A stretch of 64,000 nt of DNA from an uncultured Chitinophagaceae bacterium (GTDB lineage Bacteria > Bacteroidota > Bacteroidia > Chitinophagales > Chitinophagaceae). Positions 37,159-46,275 of this stretch are shown here, piece after piece (positions within the stretch are counted from its first letter, which is position 1; each line of letters begins with the position of its first letter). The stretch spans positions 2,444 through 66,443 of the forward strand of contig CALJNC010000028.1 in assembly GCA_937981995.1 (NCBI GenBank). The letters are read 5' to 3'. Made by a program: the position numbers and the translations under genes. The notes beneath the pieces are model-generated. The model was not told the DNA's origin and did no database searches. It worked only from the letters and a program-made list of their open reading frames with translations.

Positions 37159-38946
37159 TTATTCTGGCTTGTATTTTCTAAATCTATAGCCAATTGATAA
37201 TTGAAAACTTGGTATCTTAAAAAAGACATCTGAAATTTCTTGTTTTGCAGCACCTTTTGTATTGTCCCAAAACGGACTACTCATGCGAAGGTCTACATAT
37301 AAATTAGGATTAAAATTGTACGCTCCACCTACCGTATATCCAAGGCCTAATCTACTTCCAAAATCATCGGAAGTAAATTTCATAGTGCTACTTACACGTG
37401 GTGTATACGCTACACCATTTTCTACTGTATCAGAATACGTAATAGGGTTTGAGCGCTGCGTGCTGTTTACATTCATTCTAAAACCATAGTTTACATTTAA
37501 TCCAGCATATGCATTAAACTTTTTAATGTTAGCACTTAACAAAATAGGCATTTGTAAAGAGTAAAAGTTTTTAAGATTATATCCGCGTGATACTGAATCA
37601 ATTTGATATTTATAAATGTCGGTTTTAAATATGCTTGTAGCATCTACTGTAGTTGAAATAATATCATGACGATTATCAGTAACGGTATACCCACTATTGT
37701 TTTTATGGATAAAACGTGCTTCAGTACGCAACGTTAGTAATCTGCTTAAAGGAGTCATAGCAGTTAAGCCGGCTTGGAAACCTCCAAAATTGTGCGGCGT
37801 ATTAATCAAGGCTGCATTTAGTCCTACAAACATTCCTGTATAAATAGGAATAGGGGTGTGCGCCATATTAATTCCTTTTTGATTTACTTTTTGCGCTGCA
37901 CTTTTAAATAGGGAGAAAAAGCTTCTTTTCTTTTTAGATGATTGAGTATTCGCTTCTAAACTTACCTCAGGTTTTTTACTTTTAGCTACAGTTTCTGCTT
38001 CCATCGTTTTCATTGACTGCGGTGCTACCATCGGTTCGTTTGAGGCAATTGCTGTTTTACGTTGTGCAGCTTCTTCTTGTGCTTTAGTAAGTTCAACATA
38101 TCTTGGGTTAACTACTACTCTTTCTTTTTCCTCTACTATTTGATACTTTATTGAATCTGTAACTAATTTTTTCTTGCCTTCATAGTCTCTTTTGTAGGTT
38201 TTAGTTACTTCCGTAACATTCATTGTGTCCATATACTTTTCAGTAATAGTTGGTTCAATGTTTTTATTTTCTAAAGCTGTTTTGTTAGCTATTTTATTTT
38301 TTTCTTTTGCTACTTCCTTTTTTACATTATTTGTAGTTGGATTAATAGTTGGCTTCGCAATAGTAGGTTCAGTAATATTAGGAGCCATATCATTCTTTGC
38401 TTCTATAGTTTCATCAGCAAAGCTTGAGTTTTGAACTGAATTACTATCCTCAATCTCAATACTGCCTTGTGCTTGTTCAGCTTCTCTTTTTACAAATTCA
38501 TTTGGTGCTACACTTGATTGTATAGGTGCATTGCTTGCATATAATTCTGATTCTAAATTTGATGAGGCTGTATTATTATATTCATTATTGGATTCTTCAA
38601 AAGAAACGATTTCGTCGGAGTCGCTTTCTTGATTAGTAAGTGAAAGGTTCTCTTGATTAGAAGGAGCTTGAAACTCAGTAGCATTGCCTGGCGTTGCAGC
38701 TAAATTGTTTTGTGAGTCTCCACTAAAGAAATATGCGTAGCTTCCTACTACAGCTGTAGTGCATAAGGCAAATCCTAGCAAAAGAATCAACCAAGGTCTT
38801 CGCTTGCGATCTTCTTCTTCTTTTTGGTAAGGATTCTTACCATCTAGCATGCGTTCCATGTTGGCCCACGCGCCTAGATTTTGCGGTTCTTCGCCTTTGG
38901 CAACTCCTTGCCGAACCAGTTCGTCTATTGAAATATTATTTTTCAT
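37159..38946 (-). CDS. Membrane-anchored protein with a long low-complexity linker and a C-terminal outer-membrane beta-barrel-like domain (candidate anti-sigma or ECF partner)
   Basis: One TM segment (PWLILLLGFALCTTAVVGSYAYFF) after a ~50-aa N-terminal region, then ~290 aa rich in N/S/E/T/K. The C-terminal ~225 aa has alternating beta-strand character and ends in SIGYRF. It lies 25 nt downstream of an ECF sigma gene. Confidence 0.5.
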   Translation of the reverse strand: MKNNISIDELVRQGVAKGEEPQNLGAWANMERMLDGKNPYQKEEEDRKRRPWLILLLGFALCTTAVVGSYAYFFSGDSQNNLAATPGNATEFQAPSNQENLSLTNQESDSDEIVSFEESNNEYNNTASSNLESELYASNAPIQSSVAPNEFVKREAEQAQGSIEIEDSNSVQNSSFADETIEAKNDMAPNITEPTIAKPTINPTTNNVKKEVAKEKNKIANKTALENKNIEPTITEKYMDTMNVTEVTKTYKRDYEGKKKLVTDSIKYQIVEEKERVVVNPRYVELTKAQEEAAQRKTAIASNEPMVAPQSMKTMEAETVAKSKKPEVSLEANTQSSKKKRSFFSLFKSAAQKVNQKGINMAHTPIPIYTGMFVGLNAALINTPHNFGGFQAGLTAMTPLSRLLTLRTEARFIHKNNSGYTVTDNRHDIISTTVDATSIFKTDIYKYQIDSVSRGYNLKNFYSLQMPILLSANIKKFNAYAGLNVNYGFRMNVNSTQRSNPITYSDTVENGVAYTPRVSSTMKFTSDDFGSRLGLGYTVGGAYNFNPNLYVDLRMSSPFWDNTKGAAKQEISDVFFKIPSFQLSIGYRFRKYKPE

Positions 38947-38971
38947 TTTACTTTATTTATGCTTCCGATAT

Positions 38972-39535
38972 TTATCGAGATTCAATTTTTGCTTTTAGTT
39001 GTTTTCTTCCTTCGTGTACATGCCATTTAGATGTTCCCTCACTTATTTCTAATTTTTCACTTATCTCTCTATGGGTAAATCCTTCTATTATATACATATT
39101 AAACACCACTCGGGTATTCTCTGGTAATTTTTGAATTAATTGAATTATATCATCGTACTCCATTTTTTGCACGGCAATCTCTGGTATTGCTTGTTCTTTT
39201 TCCTCAAATACTACTTTTTCTCTGTACTTGGTAGTAGAACGTACATGATCAAAAATGGAATGATAGATAATTCGGCGCACCCATCCTTCAAATGAACCTT
39301 TGTGACCAAAGGTTTCTATTTTTTGAAAAACCTTCAAAAATCCATTATTTAAGATTTCTTCTGCTAGGTGATATTGATGATAATTAGTATACCGTTTCAC
39401 CATACTCATCATTTTGGGGTAAAAATGCTTGTACAACCTCTCCTGCGCTGAACGCTCTTGCTTTATACAGCCTTCAATAAGGCCTTGTATAAATACTTCC
39501 TGTGTTGTTTCTATTTGACTCAAAATGGCTGTCAA
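38972..39535 (-). CDS. ECF (sigma-70 family) RNA polymerase sigma factor
   Basis: 187 aa. Region 2 (LYKHFYPKMMSMVKRY...NNGFLKVF) and region 4 HTH (FTHREISEKLEISEGTSKWHVHEGRKQL). Confidence 0.88.
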   Translation of the reverse strand: MTAILSQIETTQEVFIQGLIEGCIKQERSAQERLYKHFYPKMMSMVKRYTNYHQYHLAEEILNNGFLKVFQKIETFGHKGSFEGWVRRIIYHSIFDHVRSTTKYREKVVFEEKEQAIPEIAVQKMEYDDIIQLIQKLPENTRVVFNMYIIEGFTHREISEKLEISEGTSKWHVHEGRKQLKAKIESR

Positions 39536-39673
39536 TTCTATTTTTCCCTTAATTCATACTAAAGACGTATACTCAAAAGAAAAGGTTGGGTAAATATATC
39601 AGATAATTTCTAAGCAGTAAAAATATGTAATATAGTATTATATATATGTGTTATGTGTTGATTATCTGTAAAT

Positions 39674-39700
39674 AAAAAATGGCGACCATATGGTCGCCAT
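39674..39700 (-). terminator. Rho-independent terminator after the 39723-41027 gene
   Basis: Perfect 22-nt palindrome atggcgaccat/atggtcgccat, followed on the minus strand by T6. Confidence 0.75.
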
Positions 39701-39722
39701 CTTAATATTATGTAAGAAAATA

Positions 39723-41027
39723 CTATTTCTTAGTAATTTTTGTAGTGTAAGTAAGACCATTGCTTTCTAATTCTACAACATAAATTCCGATAGGAAGTGC
39801 AGCGATATCAATGTTTACTTGCGTATTACCTTGCTTAACCATATCGCTAACTAGTTTTTTACCAGTCATTGAGTATACAGCTACATTTACATCGTTTGTT
39901 TTAATATCAGCAATGTCAATGTTTAAGTTATCTTGTACAGGGTTAGGATAGATTGTAATCGCTCCAAACTCTTTAGCTAAATCGTCAGTACTAATTGGTA
40001 AACAAGTAGGACATTCAACGTGGAAACTGAAATAAGGCTCATCAAAACCAGCTGGAGCAGTATAAGCGTATGTTGCAGGAAGGTAATTCATACCGTTTAC
40101 TGCTACAGGATCCGTATTATATCTTTGACCAGTTACACCAATTAAACCAGATACATACTCACCAGTATAAGGAGTAGCGTAAGAGTCCATACCGTTAGAC
40201 TCAGCACAGTAGTGAGACCAGTAGTTTGCACTATCAATATCAGTTCCTAATGGGAAATTACTACCAGAAACAAATCGAACAGTTGCTACAACTTTTTCTC
40301 CTGCAGGTATTACTAAAGGAGAAGGTAAAGCAAGTGCGTATTCATTTAAACCGTTTGCAGTCGTATCGTTAGCTGCCGCTAAATCTAATGTTTTAGTGAT
40401 CGTAGCATCAGGATTCATCATTTTATTGTTATTCCAATCATATTCAGGAGTAGCAAAACGTAATATGCTATCTGTCAAACCAAAATTATCAAAAGCAAAA
40501 GCTCCTTGATATTGTAAAATAGTAGAACTAGAAGTTCCAGTATGACCAATCTCAACAACCATTTGGTCAGTTTGAGCTACTCTTCTTCTGTAAACACCTA
40601 CAACTAAGATACTATCGATAGTAAAAGAAGTAGTTGGCTCAATTTGACCGCCTCCTGGAGGAACGTAGCCTAAAAGACCATCATAAAACTTCTGAGAAGT
40701 AGGATCAAATGAAGTACCTAACATGTGTACGTACCAGTTAAATGGATTTGGGTTACCGTTAGGGATATATAAGTTACTATCAGGATAAACAGGGTAAAGT
40801 GTTGCTGTTTGTAATCCAGTAATAAAGTTTGCATCTACATAAGACATCCATCCGCTAATCATACGAGAGCGCTTATTTACAGGAGTCATTTTTTCAATTG
40901 GTCCTAAGTACGCCTCATTATAGTCAAAAACTAGAGGAGCTGGTGAAGTAACAATCGAAGAATTGTTAAGTTGAGCGCTTGCATTAAATGCTACAAACAC
41001 TGATAAAATTAGTAAAATCTTTTTCAT
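39723..41027 (-). CDS. Secreted T9SS cargo protein of unknown function
   Basis: Signal peptide MKKILLILSVFVAFNASA. C-terminal IYPNPVQDNLNI...GIYVVEL...TKITKK CTD. Confidence 0.6.
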   Translation of the reverse strand: MKKILLILSVFVAFNASAQLNNSSIVTSPAPLVFDYNEAYLGPIEKMTPVNKRSRMISGWMSYVDANFITGLQTATLYPVYPDSNLYIPNGNPNPFNWYVHMLGTSFDPTSQKFYDGLLGYVPPGGGQIEPTTSFTIDSILVVGVYRRRVAQTDQMVVEIGHTGTSSSTILQYQGAFAFDNFGLTDSILRFATPEYDWNNNKMMNPDATITKTLDLAAANDTTANGLNEYALALPSPLVIPAGEKVVATVRFVSGSNFPLGTDIDSANYWSHYCAESNGMDSYATPYTGEYVSGLIGVTGQRYNTDPVAVNGMNYLPATYAYTAPAGFDEPYFSFHVECPTCLPISTDDLAKEFGAITIYPNPVQDNLNIDIADIKTNDVNVAVYSMTGKKLVSDMVKQGNTQVNIDIAALPIGIYVVELESNGLTYTTKITKK

Positions 41028-41109
41028 TCTTTAATATATTTTGTTTCGTAAATATAAAGTTTGATTAAGAAATAGCAAAGAAATCAATAGTTGTATTTTT
41101 CCACGAGCT

Positions 41110-41117
41110 TACATTTG
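41110..41117 (+). promoter_or_regulatory. Bacteroidota-type -7 promoter box (TAnnTTTG)
   Basis: TACATTTG, 19 nt upstream of the ATG at 41137. Confidence 0.4.
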
Positions 41118-41136
41118 CGCATAATTTGACAATCGG

Positions 41137-42300
41137 ATGATAAATTTTGAAAATACCGAAAACGCATTTGCTTACAGAACACCTATCCAGCTTAAAAAAG
41201 CTAAATGGTTATTTAAAGCTATGGCTAGCAATACTTTAACCAAGGTAGGTTCATGGCTAACGCCCAAATTATTGTGGTTGCCTTTTGTAAAAACGATTAT
41301 TAAAAATACAATATATGAGCAGTTTTGTGGTGGTGAAAACTTAGAAGAAGCAGCTGAAACTGCCAAGAACCTAAGCGAGTATGGGGTAGGCTCCTTGTTA
41401 GATTATGGAGCGGAAGGAAAAGAGACCGAAGAAGAGTTTGATGAAGCCACTGCCGCATTTATAAAAACGATTGAATTTGCCAAGCAAAAAAACTATATAT
41501 CTTACATAAGTATAAAGCTTACCGCTTTTAGTAGAAATGGCTTATTGCAAAAAATGCACCTTCAGGAAAATTTAAATTCAGCAGAACTGGAAGAAAAAAA
41601 TAGGGTAGAAGAACGATTAGACAAAATATGCCAAGCGGGTACTAATAATAATACTGCCATACTGATTGATGCAGAGGAAAGTTGGATACAAGATCCTGTA
41701 GATGCCTTAGCTACAAAAATGATGCAGAAGTATAATACGCAGCGGGCCAATATTTATAATACCTACCAATTGTACCGGCATGATAAATTAGTTTTTTTAA
41801 AGCAAAATATTGAACACGCTAAGGAGAATAATTATATACTTGGTGCAAAAATTGTACGCGGAGCCTATATGGAAAAAGAACGCGAACGTGCAATCCAAAT
41901 GGGATATGAAAGTCCTATACAACCTAATAAAGAAGCTACGGATATTGATTATAATCTTGCGCTAGAAGTTTGTCTCAAAAATTTAAATGAAGTTTCGGTT
42001 TTTGTGGGTACGCACAATGAAAAAAGTTGTCAACTGGCTACGCAGTATATGGCTGATTACTCGGCATCTAATCAAACACCCAAAGTAATTTTCTCACAGC
42101 TATTTGGCATGAGCGATAATATTTCTTTTAACCTTGCTAAGGAAAAGTATACGGTATGTAAATATTTGCCCTATGGCCCAGTAAATGATGTTATACCTTA
42201 TTTAATGCGCCGTGCAAATGAAAATACGAGTGTGGCCGGCCAAACCACGAGAGAACTAGATCTTATAAAAAAAGAATTGCACCGTAGAAAGCATGCTTAA
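41137..42300 (+). CDS. Proline dehydrogenase (monofunctional PRODH)
   Basis: 387 aa with the PRODH TIM-barrel C-terminal blocks (VRGAYME.ER, QLFGMSD, YLPYGP, YLMRRANENTS). Confidence 0.85.
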   Translation: MINFENTENAFAYRTPIQLKKAKWLFKAMASNTLTKVGSWLTPKLLWLPFVKTIIKNTIYEQFCGGENLEEAAETAKNLSEYGVGSLLDYGAEGKETEEEFDEATAAFIKTIEFAKQKNYISYISIKLTAFSRNGLLQKMHLQENLNSAELEEKNRVEERLDKICQAGTNNNTAILIDAEESWIQDPVDALATKMMQKYNTQRANIYNTYQLYRHDKLVFLKQNIEHAKENNYILGAKIVRGAYMEKERERAIQMGYESPIQPNKEATDIDYNLALEVCLKNLNEVSVFVGTHNEKSCQLATQYMADYSASNQTPKVIFSQLFGMSDNISFNLAKEKYTVCKYLPYGPVNDVIPYLMRRANENTSVAGQTTRELDLIKKELHRRKHA

Positions 42301-42351
42301 GGAATTATAACAATTAAGCCTTCGAAACTTTATAAACTTCTAAACCCATAT

Positions 42352-42359
42352 TACATTTG
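42352..42359 (+). promoter_or_regulatory. Bacteroidota-type -7 promoter box (TAnnTTTG)
   Basis: TACATTTG, 69 nt upstream of the sucC ATG. Confidence 0.3.
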
Positions 42360-42428
42360 CCACCCGACGGCTAATTGCTTTTTGCGATAGTTAAACGAAT
42401 AAACAAATAAACTCATAAACATTACAAT

Positions 42429-43643
42429 ATGAACTTACACGAATACCAAGCAAAAGAATTATTAAAGAGATATGATGTGCCAGTACAAAATGGTATAGCT
42501 TGTACAACAGTAGATGAAGCAGTAGCAGCTTATAAAGATATTGCTGAACGCACAGGCACAAAATTTGTGGTAGTAAAAGCACAAATTCATGCAGGTGGTC
42601 GTGGTAAAGGAACATACAAAGAAGCTCCAGAACAACATGGTGTAGAAGTAATTAAAAGCGAGGAAGATGCTAAGCGAGCTGCAACAAATATGTTGGGCAA
42701 TACCTTAGTTACAATCCAAACTGGGGAAGCTGGTAAAGTAGTAAACAAAATTTTCTTGGGAGAAGATATGTATGGCGATGGTCCTAGCGAGCGTAAAGAA
42801 TTTTACTTGTCTATCCTTTTAGATCGAGCTAAAAAGCAAAATGTAATTATGTATTCTACAGAAGGTGGAATGGACATTGAAGAGGTGGCGCATAACACGC
42901 CTGAATTAATTTATAAAGAGTGGATTAAACCAGGAAGTTCTTTACAAGGTTTCCAAGCCCGTAATATAGCTTTCAATCTAGGATTGACAGGAACGGCTAT
43001 GAAAAACTGCGCTAAGTTTGTATCAAAATTATACAAAGCATATGATGGCTTAAATGGTGAGATGCTTGAAATTAATCCATTATTCAAATCTGCTAATGAT
43101 GAAATCATTGCAGTAGATTGTAAGTTTAGTATAGAAGGAAATGGCTTGATTCGTCATAAAGACGTTGCTGAGTTAAGAGATAAAAGTGAAGAAGATCCTG
43201 CAGAAGTAGCAGCTGATGAGCATGGCTTGAGTTATGTAAAATTAGATGGTAATGTGGGTTGTATGGTAAACGGTGCCGGATTAGCAATGGCTACTATGGA
43301 TATGATTAAATTAAACGGCGGAGATCCTGCAAACTTCTTGGACGTAGGAGGTAGTGCGAATGCTCAAACGGTTGAAGCTGGTTTCAGAATTATTTTGAAA
43401 GATCCAAACGTAAAGGCAATTTTAATCAACATATTTGGTGGTATTGTTCGTTGCGATCGTGTAGCACAAGGTGTAATTGATGCATACCAATCTATAGGAG
43501 AAATTAATGTACCAGTAATTGTAAGATTACAAGGAACCAATGCCGAAGAAGCTAAGAAACTAATTGACGAAAGTGGATTAAAAGTACAAAGTGCGGTATT
43601 GCTTTCTGAAGCGGCAGATTTGGTAAATAAAGCAGTTGCTTAA
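42429..43643 (+). CDS. sucC: Succinate-CoA ligase (ADP-forming) beta subunit
   Basis: MNLHEYQAKELL start, ATP-grasp blocks, NGAGLAMATMD, NIFGGIVRCD. Confidence 0.96.
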   Translation: MNLHEYQAKELLKRYDVPVQNGIACTTVDEAVAAYKDIAERTGTKFVVVKAQIHAGGRGKGTYKEAPEQHGVEVIKSEEDAKRAATNMLGNTLVTIQTGEAGKVVNKIFLGEDMYGDGPSERKEFYLSILLDRAKKQNVIMYSTEGGMDIEEVAHNTPELIYKEWIKPGSSLQGFQARNIAFNLGLTGTAMKNCAKFVSKLYKAYDGLNGEMLEINPLFKSANDEIIAVDCKFSIEGNGLIRHKDVAELRDKSEEDPAEVAADEHGLSYVKLDGNVGCMVNGAGLAMATMDMIKLNGGDPANFLDVGGSANAQTVEAGFRIILKDPNVKAILINIFGGIVRCDRVAQGVIDAYQSIGEINVPVIVRLQGTNAEEAKKLIDESGLKVQSAVLLSEAADLVNKAVA

Positions 43644-43664
43644 GAAAAATCGAAATTTTAAATC

Positions 43665-43693
43665 AAATGCTCCTCAATCGAGGAGCATTTTTT
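43665..43693 (+). terminator. Rho-independent terminator after sucC
   Basis: aaatgctcctc-aatc-gaggagcattt 11-bp stem followed by a T-run. It overlaps the stop of the convergent gene. Confidence 0.75.
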
Positions 43694-44480
43694 ATTTGCG
43701 CCTGTGATTATAATTTAAGAGATTTTTTTTTAGAGTGGTTTCAAAAATGGCATCAAATAAATCTAGGGTTGAAGTGTATTCATGCAATTTGGATCCTGTA
43801 ATCCTTCGGTTGGGTGTATAATGAAATGATGAAGCTACTATATTGCCCATTCGGTCAAATAAGTATAAACTCGTTTCTAATTTAATATAGCCGCGCACCC
43901 CAAAACTTCCTACTCTAGGTATATAAAGTTTAGAACTAGAAATAGCCAGATACTCAGTATCAATATATTTAAATATTTCAGCAATACTCGGTGCGTATTT
44001 CTTTTTAGATTTCAAGAACCTTGTCATTTTACCTTTATTCATGTCCAATACATTTACCTCATGCGGTGCTATATAGGATTGGTTAAACGTGAATTTGTTA
44101 TAATTAAACATAGCGCTATCATTTCTATATTGAGCAACTAAGTTTTTAAAATTGGAGGTATTATAAATATCCTGGGCCGTTTTTACCTCGCAGTTATAAG
44201 TTTTAGCTAATCCTTTCGAAACTATTTTTTGATACCTTTCCACTGCACTTATCTGTGCTTCTTTAATCTGCTCAGCAAGCTTGTCTGTTTTAGCATTAAA
44301 TACACCTGCATCTATCAGTGGGAATGCGGGGCGTGAAAAATTTTCTATCCCAGTATATAGCAAGGTTATTCCAGTGATATTTGGACTTTTTTCTGGGGTT
44401 ATAATTTGTTGCGTAGGTTTGCAAGAAGTGCTTAGTATTATAGAAAAAACAATGGCGTAAATTTGGGAGTTTAACTTCAT
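43692..44480 (-). CDS. Hypothetical lipoprotein
   Basis: ILSTSC lipobox; no recognised domain. Confidence 0.45.
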   Translation of the reverse strand: MKLNSQIYAIVFSIILSTSCKPTQQIITPEKSPNITGITLLYTGIENFSRPAFPLIDAGVFNAKTDKLAEQIKEAQISAVERYQKIVSKGLAKTYNCEVKTAQDIYNTSNFKNLVAQYRNDSAMFNYNKFTFNQSYIAPHEVNVLDMNKGKMTRFLKSKKKYAPSIAEIFKYIDTEYLAISSSKLYIPRVGSFGVRGYIKLETSLYLFDRMGNIVASSFHYTPNRRITGSKLHEYTSTLDLFDAIFETTLKKNLLNYNHRRK

Positions 44481-44484
44481 TCGT

Positions 44485-44492
44485 CAAACATA
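44485..44492 (-). promoter_or_regulatory. Bacteroidota-type -7 promoter box (TAnnTTTG), 4 nt from the ATG
   Basis: Minus strand reads TATGTTTG-ACGA-ATG. Confidence 0.35.
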
Positions 44493-44542
44493 ATTAATTT
44501 TTATATCATTCTAGTCAGCCAATAAGCAACAACTAATATTAT

Positions 44543-45763
44543 TTAATCTAATTGGTTTTTTAATTTGCTCTTAAGGAATTCTTCTTCAGAATCAGTAGAG
44601 CATAATGATATTGCCTTTTCTAAATAAATGGTTTTTTCTTTTTCGTCTTCGCTCAATTCTGAAAGTAGGGTGTAGTACATATGACTTTTTTCTAACTTTA
44701 GTTTTTTAGCTTCTGTAAAACCTGCCTTTTTTGATTTTGCTTTAGAAATGGCAAAAGTTCTATTCAAGGCGGCTATTGGAGAATATTCTATTTGTAACAA
44801 TCGATTGTAGCAGGCCAATATGGTTTCCCATTTATCTGGGCTGTCCTCTTTTTTTGTATGCGCCTGTGCTATTACGGCTTCTAAAATATACTTATTCATT
44901 TCATTAAATTGTTGCGCTTGAAATAAGTACTGCTGTCCTTTATTAATAAGTTCTTTATCCCACAAACTAGCATCTTGTTTTTCGTAAGGGATAAACCCTT
45001 CGTCTAAATTACGTGCTTCAAAACGTGAGGCATGAAAACACATGAGTGCCATTAAACTATTGCTTGAAGAAGTGTTGGTTGTTTTGTTATTTATTAAAAG
45101 AAGATTCAAGCGCATCGCTTCTAAGCAAAAGTCTTTTCTTATTTTTTTATTGGCTGTGCTAGAATAATATCCTTCATTAAATAGCAAATAAATAATCCGT
45201 AAAACAGCAAATTGCTTTTTGTTCAAGTCGGCAGAAGCAGGGAGTTCTAATTTTATATTTTCTGCTTTTAATTTTTGCTTGGCGCGATATAATCTTTTAT
45301 TAATTGTTTCTTTTTCCGATAAAAAAGCCGATGCAATTTCATCTATCCCAAATCCACAAAGTATGCGCAAAGCCAACCCTATTTGAGCTTCTTCTTTAAT
45401 ATTCGTATTGCAGATGGCGAACAGCATTTTAAGCTGGCTATCTCCTATATTATGTGCAGATAAGTCTAAGGTGATCTCTTCACTCTTTTCAGCGCTATGC
45501 TGTAAAGCCGGACTTATATTTTTATTAAAGTTTTTATTCCTACGCAAAACGTCAATGGTTTTATTTTTAGCCACGGTATATATCCAAGCCGTTGGATTTT
45601 CGGGTGTGCCTTTCATGCCCCAACTTTCTGAGGCCAATAAAAAAGTATCACTCGCAATATCCTCTGCAATTTCAATATGCTGTAAGCCAAACTTTTTTGT
45701 AAGCACAGCTACGAGTTTTTTGTACTCGTCTTTAAACAGATTGGGAAGGAGTTCTTGTTGCAT
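44543..45763 (-). CDS. Long ECF sigma factor with a ~220-aa TPR-like C-terminal extension (ECF42-type / COG4941 architecture)
   Basis: N-terminal sigma region 2 (AEDIASDTFLLA...NPTAWIYTVAKNKTID) and region 4 (FGIDEIASAFLSEKETINKRLYRAKQKL), then a helical-repeat extension; 406 aa. It sits directly downstream of a YCII/DGPF-like gene. Confidence 0.8.
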   Translation of the reverse strand: MQQELLPNLFKDEYKKLVAVLTKKFGLQHIEIAEDIASDTFLLASESWGMKGTPENPTAWIYTVAKNKTIDVLRRNKNFNKNISPALQHSAEKSEEITLDLSAHNIGDSQLKMLFAICNTNIKEEAQIGLALRILCGFGIDEIASAFLSEKETINKRLYRAKQKLKAENIKLELPASADLNKKQFAVLRIIYLLFNEGYYSSTANKKIRKDFCLEAMRLNLLLINNKTTNTSSSNSLMALMCFHASRFEARNLDEGFIPYEKQDASLWDKELINKGQQYLFQAQQFNEMNKYILEAVIAQAHTKKEDSPDKWETILACYNRLLQIEYSPIAALNRTFAISKAKSKKAGFTEAKKLKLEKSHMYYTLLSELSEDEKEKTIYLEKAISLCSTDSEEEFLKSKLKNQLD

Positions 45764-45767
45764 AAAT

Positions 45768-45798
45768 AAAAAAGCCGTAACGCTCTTAGCGTTACGGC
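45768..45798 (-). terminator. Strong hairpin plus T-run between the YCII-like gene and the sigma gene
   Basis: gccgtaacgct-ctt-agcgttacggc 11-bp GC-rich stem followed on the minus strand by T6. It ends 4 nt before the sigma ATG. Confidence 0.7.
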
Positions 45799-45822
45799 AT
45801 GAAGATAATTTAAAATCTTTAT

Positions 45823-46176
45823 TTATCTCTCGTAAACGATAATGTCGCGGACTTCAACGGTGCCACCCATGTCAAACATAGGGCAACCTTTGGTAAGTGC
45901 AACCGCCTCGTCAAAATTTTCGGCTTTTACCATGGTGTAGCCACCAACCATTTCTTTGAGTGCCACATAAGGTCCGTCTGTTACAGAACCATCAGCTTGT
46001 ACGATTTTACCCAAATGGTTTAAGGCATTGGTGCCTAATAATTTATCTTGTGCGGCTATACCGCCTAGCCACTCATCCCAACGTGCCATTACAGCTTTCA
46101 TTTGCTCTGGTGGTTGATTTGCAAATTCTTCTTCTTTACCTGTTTCGCTTCTAAAAAGCATCATAAATTCTTTCAT
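45823..46176 (-). CDS. YCII-related / DGPF-domain protein (paralog 1)
   Basis: 117 aa: MKEFMMLFRSE..., DGPYVALKEMVGGYTMVKAENFDEAVALTKGCP. Clear paralog of 49050-49400. Confidence 0.8.
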   Translation of the reverse strand: MKEFMMLFRSETGKEEEFANQPPEQMKAVMARWDEWLGGIAAQDKLLGTNALNHLGKIVQADGSVTDGPYVALKEMVGGYTMVKAENFDEAVALTKGCPMFDMGGTVEVRDIIVYER

Positions 46177-46193
46177 ATTAATTGTTTTTTGTC

Positions 46194-46214
46194 ATCCTGA
46201 ATTCATTTCAGGAT
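46194..46214 (-). other. 8-bp perfect hairpin in the 5' leader of the YCII-like gene
   Basis: atcctgaa-ttcat-ttcaggat, between the predicted -10 (46231-46236) and the ATG (46176). Confidence 0.5.
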
Positions 46215-46230
46215 TGTTTTATATATAGTT

Positions 46231-46260
46231 ATAACGATTGAGTATTTTTTGATTGGACAA
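46231..46260 (-). promoter_or_regulatory. ECF-type promoter motif, copy A (TTGTCC-N18-CGTTAT)
   Basis: Minus strand reads TTGTCCAATCAAAAAATACTCAATCGTTAT, 55 nt upstream of the YCII paralog-1 ATG. It shares TTATTTAATTTGTCC with copy C. Confidence 0.55.
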
Positions 46261-46275
46261 ATTAAATAATTTTTT

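Noticed and set aside
42429-43643. sucC followed by a terminator, with no adjacent sucD.
   Set aside because: Separated sucC and sucD genes are, to my knowledge, common in Bacteroidota. This is not evidence of loss, and it needs the whole genome to evaluate.
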